NCBI RefSeq assembly: GCF_018350175.1
Contig: NC_058368.1
Span: 175,524,001-175,588,000 of the forward strand
Reading direction: 5' to 3'
From: Felis catus
Lineage: Eukaryota
DNA: 64,000 nucleotides
In this document: positions 61,951 to 64,000 of the stretch, piece after piece
How positions within the stretch are numbered: position 1 is the first letter of the stretch
How the letters are laid out: the number at the start of each line of letters is the position of its first letter
Notes under the pieces: generated by a model
Told to the model about the DNA's origin: nothing
Seen by the model: only the letters and a program-made list of their open reading frames with translations
Databases searched by the model: none
Made by a program: the position numbers and the translations under genes

Positions 61951-64000
61951 TCTTTCCTTTCCTGCTCAGATGGTGTCCCTTGATTGGTCACCGGACAGTT
62001 ACTTCATGCATATGCATGAGCTGACTGCATGAATGAGCCCAGTGGAGCCCCTGTGTATGTGTGTGCTTTGCGAAGCTCTGAAAGATACCGATGGTGCTGG
62101 CCCGCACACAATGTTTGCCCCAGTTTGATGGCTGTAGCCAACAAAAGTGCTCCTGGATATCCTCCCCAACAAGTCTACCTTACACCCGTCCTGCAGTGTG
62201 AGCGTGAGATCAGGTCGGATGGGGGCTGCCCCTACACTTGGCTTTTGAATGCAGGAGCCCGGCTCTCTCGTACATAGCTTTGCTCCCACTGATTCAAAAC
62301 ACACGTATTTCTGAGTTTCCTCTGTTGAACATCGAAAACCGAAAACTGTCAGGAGCTTACCCTTTGGTTGTTCTGGAGCCGCCAAAATTCGAACTGGCCA
62401 ATAAAATTCACCTGTCTCAGAAGAGTCCCCAGTATGCCCCCATTTACGAGGAAGAGAACAAAAGTTAAAAGCTGGTCCTTATGCATATCCCATGTGCCCT
62501 GAATGTGCATATAGGTCTCTCCGTGTTCATAACGGCCCTACAGGTGGGAACTGTTTTTAGTCATATTTTCCAGGTGGTGGGCCCGAAGCTTTAGGGTGGT
62601 GGGGCCCTCGTCGAAAGTCACACAGTTAGGAAGTGGCAGAACCAGGACTCCGGGCAGACTTGGACTTTTGGCTCTTGCCAAAAGACGGGAGCAGCCCGAG
62701 GGAGCTTTCTCCAGCTTCTAAGCCCGCTGGCCTCAATCACGGGTAGGATCACCTCGATTCCTTCTCATTACCTTCTGCCCTATTTTACTGAGGATTCAGG
62801 GCAGATTCAGATCTGGCCTAGAAAAACATCATTCTGACCCCTCAGAGAAAGAAAGAGAGGAATGTGTTTCCAGGCTGTTCTGTAGAACCTAAGGCACTTT
62901 CATGACAAGACTTTCTCCTTTCTGCTAATCCTCGGGACACTTTGTCTTCCCCTTCCTACGGCCCTGTCACAGCCTGCCTTGTTTCTGCCCTGTCTCCCCC
63001 TCTAGGCAGAGGGCTCTTCCAGGGTGGAGTCTGTGGTCCATTCGGAGCCTCCCGTCACACCCAAAGTCTCAGTGTCCAGCAATACGTACGAGTACCCATT
63101 GTACGCCAAGTTCCCTATCAGACACTTTCATAGCTGTGACCGTGCTTCTATTTTGTGGCCACCCGTGCGGAGCACATTGGAGGATTAGCCCATTTTACAG
63201 ATGGGGATGCTGAGGCCAGAGAGGTGAAAGAACTTGCTCAACGTCACAGAGCTAGTCAGTCAAGGACATTTGAGCCCTGGCCTGTTTTGTCCCACTACTG
63301 GTGATCTTCCTGCAACATCACAGCGGCTGAGCGAGTGCTCAGTGGATGTTGGTTGAATGACAAAGGAAGGAAGGGAGGGAGGAGGAGAAGGAGGAATATT
63401 GAAAACAGTTCAAAGACAGCAAAATAAAAGAGAAACAATAGACTGTTGCAAAGCAGTAAATTGGTGGAACATGAAAGAAATGGATCTAGGGTCTAACTTC
63501 CTTTCTTCTAAGGTCGTGGAAAGAAAGGCATACACTCACGATCAGAGAAAGAAACATGGAAGCAGCTGGAATTTTAGCTTCAGGTGGATCTTTCACCAGG
63601 CTTCCTGGGGGTATGAGAAGGCTCAGTCACAACATCGGGACGCACTACAAGGCACGTGTGCTCTATGTTGAAACGGCAATATTCTCTCCAATGAACTTGA
63701 GCAATTCGTATATATAGAGTTTACATATATGTATATGCACAGAGCAACTAGAGAAGTCACCACCGTTGGAGTTAAATGGCCGAGGTTCAATTTCTAGGTC
63801 TGTCCTTCCCTAGCTGCCCAGCCTTAGGTAGACCCTCTCGTGTCTATCAACCCCAGTTTTCTCCTCTGTAACATATACCTCACAAGAGTCCTCATTTCAC
63901 AGGGGGTTAGTAAATCTAAGTAAAATAGGAAACATAAGCCCCTACCAGGGATTTAGTTAAATGTTTCCCACATTATTGCATCTAATTAATTCATTTTATT

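Noticed and set aside
54125..63671. Numerous 60-144 aa ORFs in the GC-richer upstream region
   Set aside because: Many start at GTG/TTG, overlap on both strands or fall in LTR/MIR remnants; no recognisable domains or consistent exon structure. A lncRNA cannot be excluded from sequence alone.

Overview
Mammalian genomic DNA, most likely felid (abundant carnivore Can-SINE/SINEC_Fc-type tRNA-derived SINEs plus a carnivore-type L1 fragment). The window holds the 5' half of CPEB4 on the minus strand: a CpG-island promoter (~39.2-40.6 kb), a long uORF-laden 5' leader, coding exon 1 (38554-37430, 375 codons, low-complexity N-terminal domain), a 19.4 kb intron 1, the 82-nt coding exon 2 (17993-17912) and about 17.9 kb of intron 2. 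I could not find exon 3, the neuronal microexon 4 or the RRM exons, which should lie left of position 1. The ~24 kb upstream is intergenic: old MIR/L2/L1/MaLR/MER5 remnants, three SINEs and a candidate GATA/RUNX/CACCC enhancer near 54.4-55.3 kb. Nearly all other ORFs in the track are repeat-derived or chance ORFs. I found no new protein-coding system. The most interesting signal is regulatory: all ten upstream AUGs I count in the CPEB4 leader lie between candidate splice donors and a strong polypyrimidine/CAG acceptor at 38727, so a facultative 5'UTR intron could switch uORF control on and off. This is inferred from sequence only.
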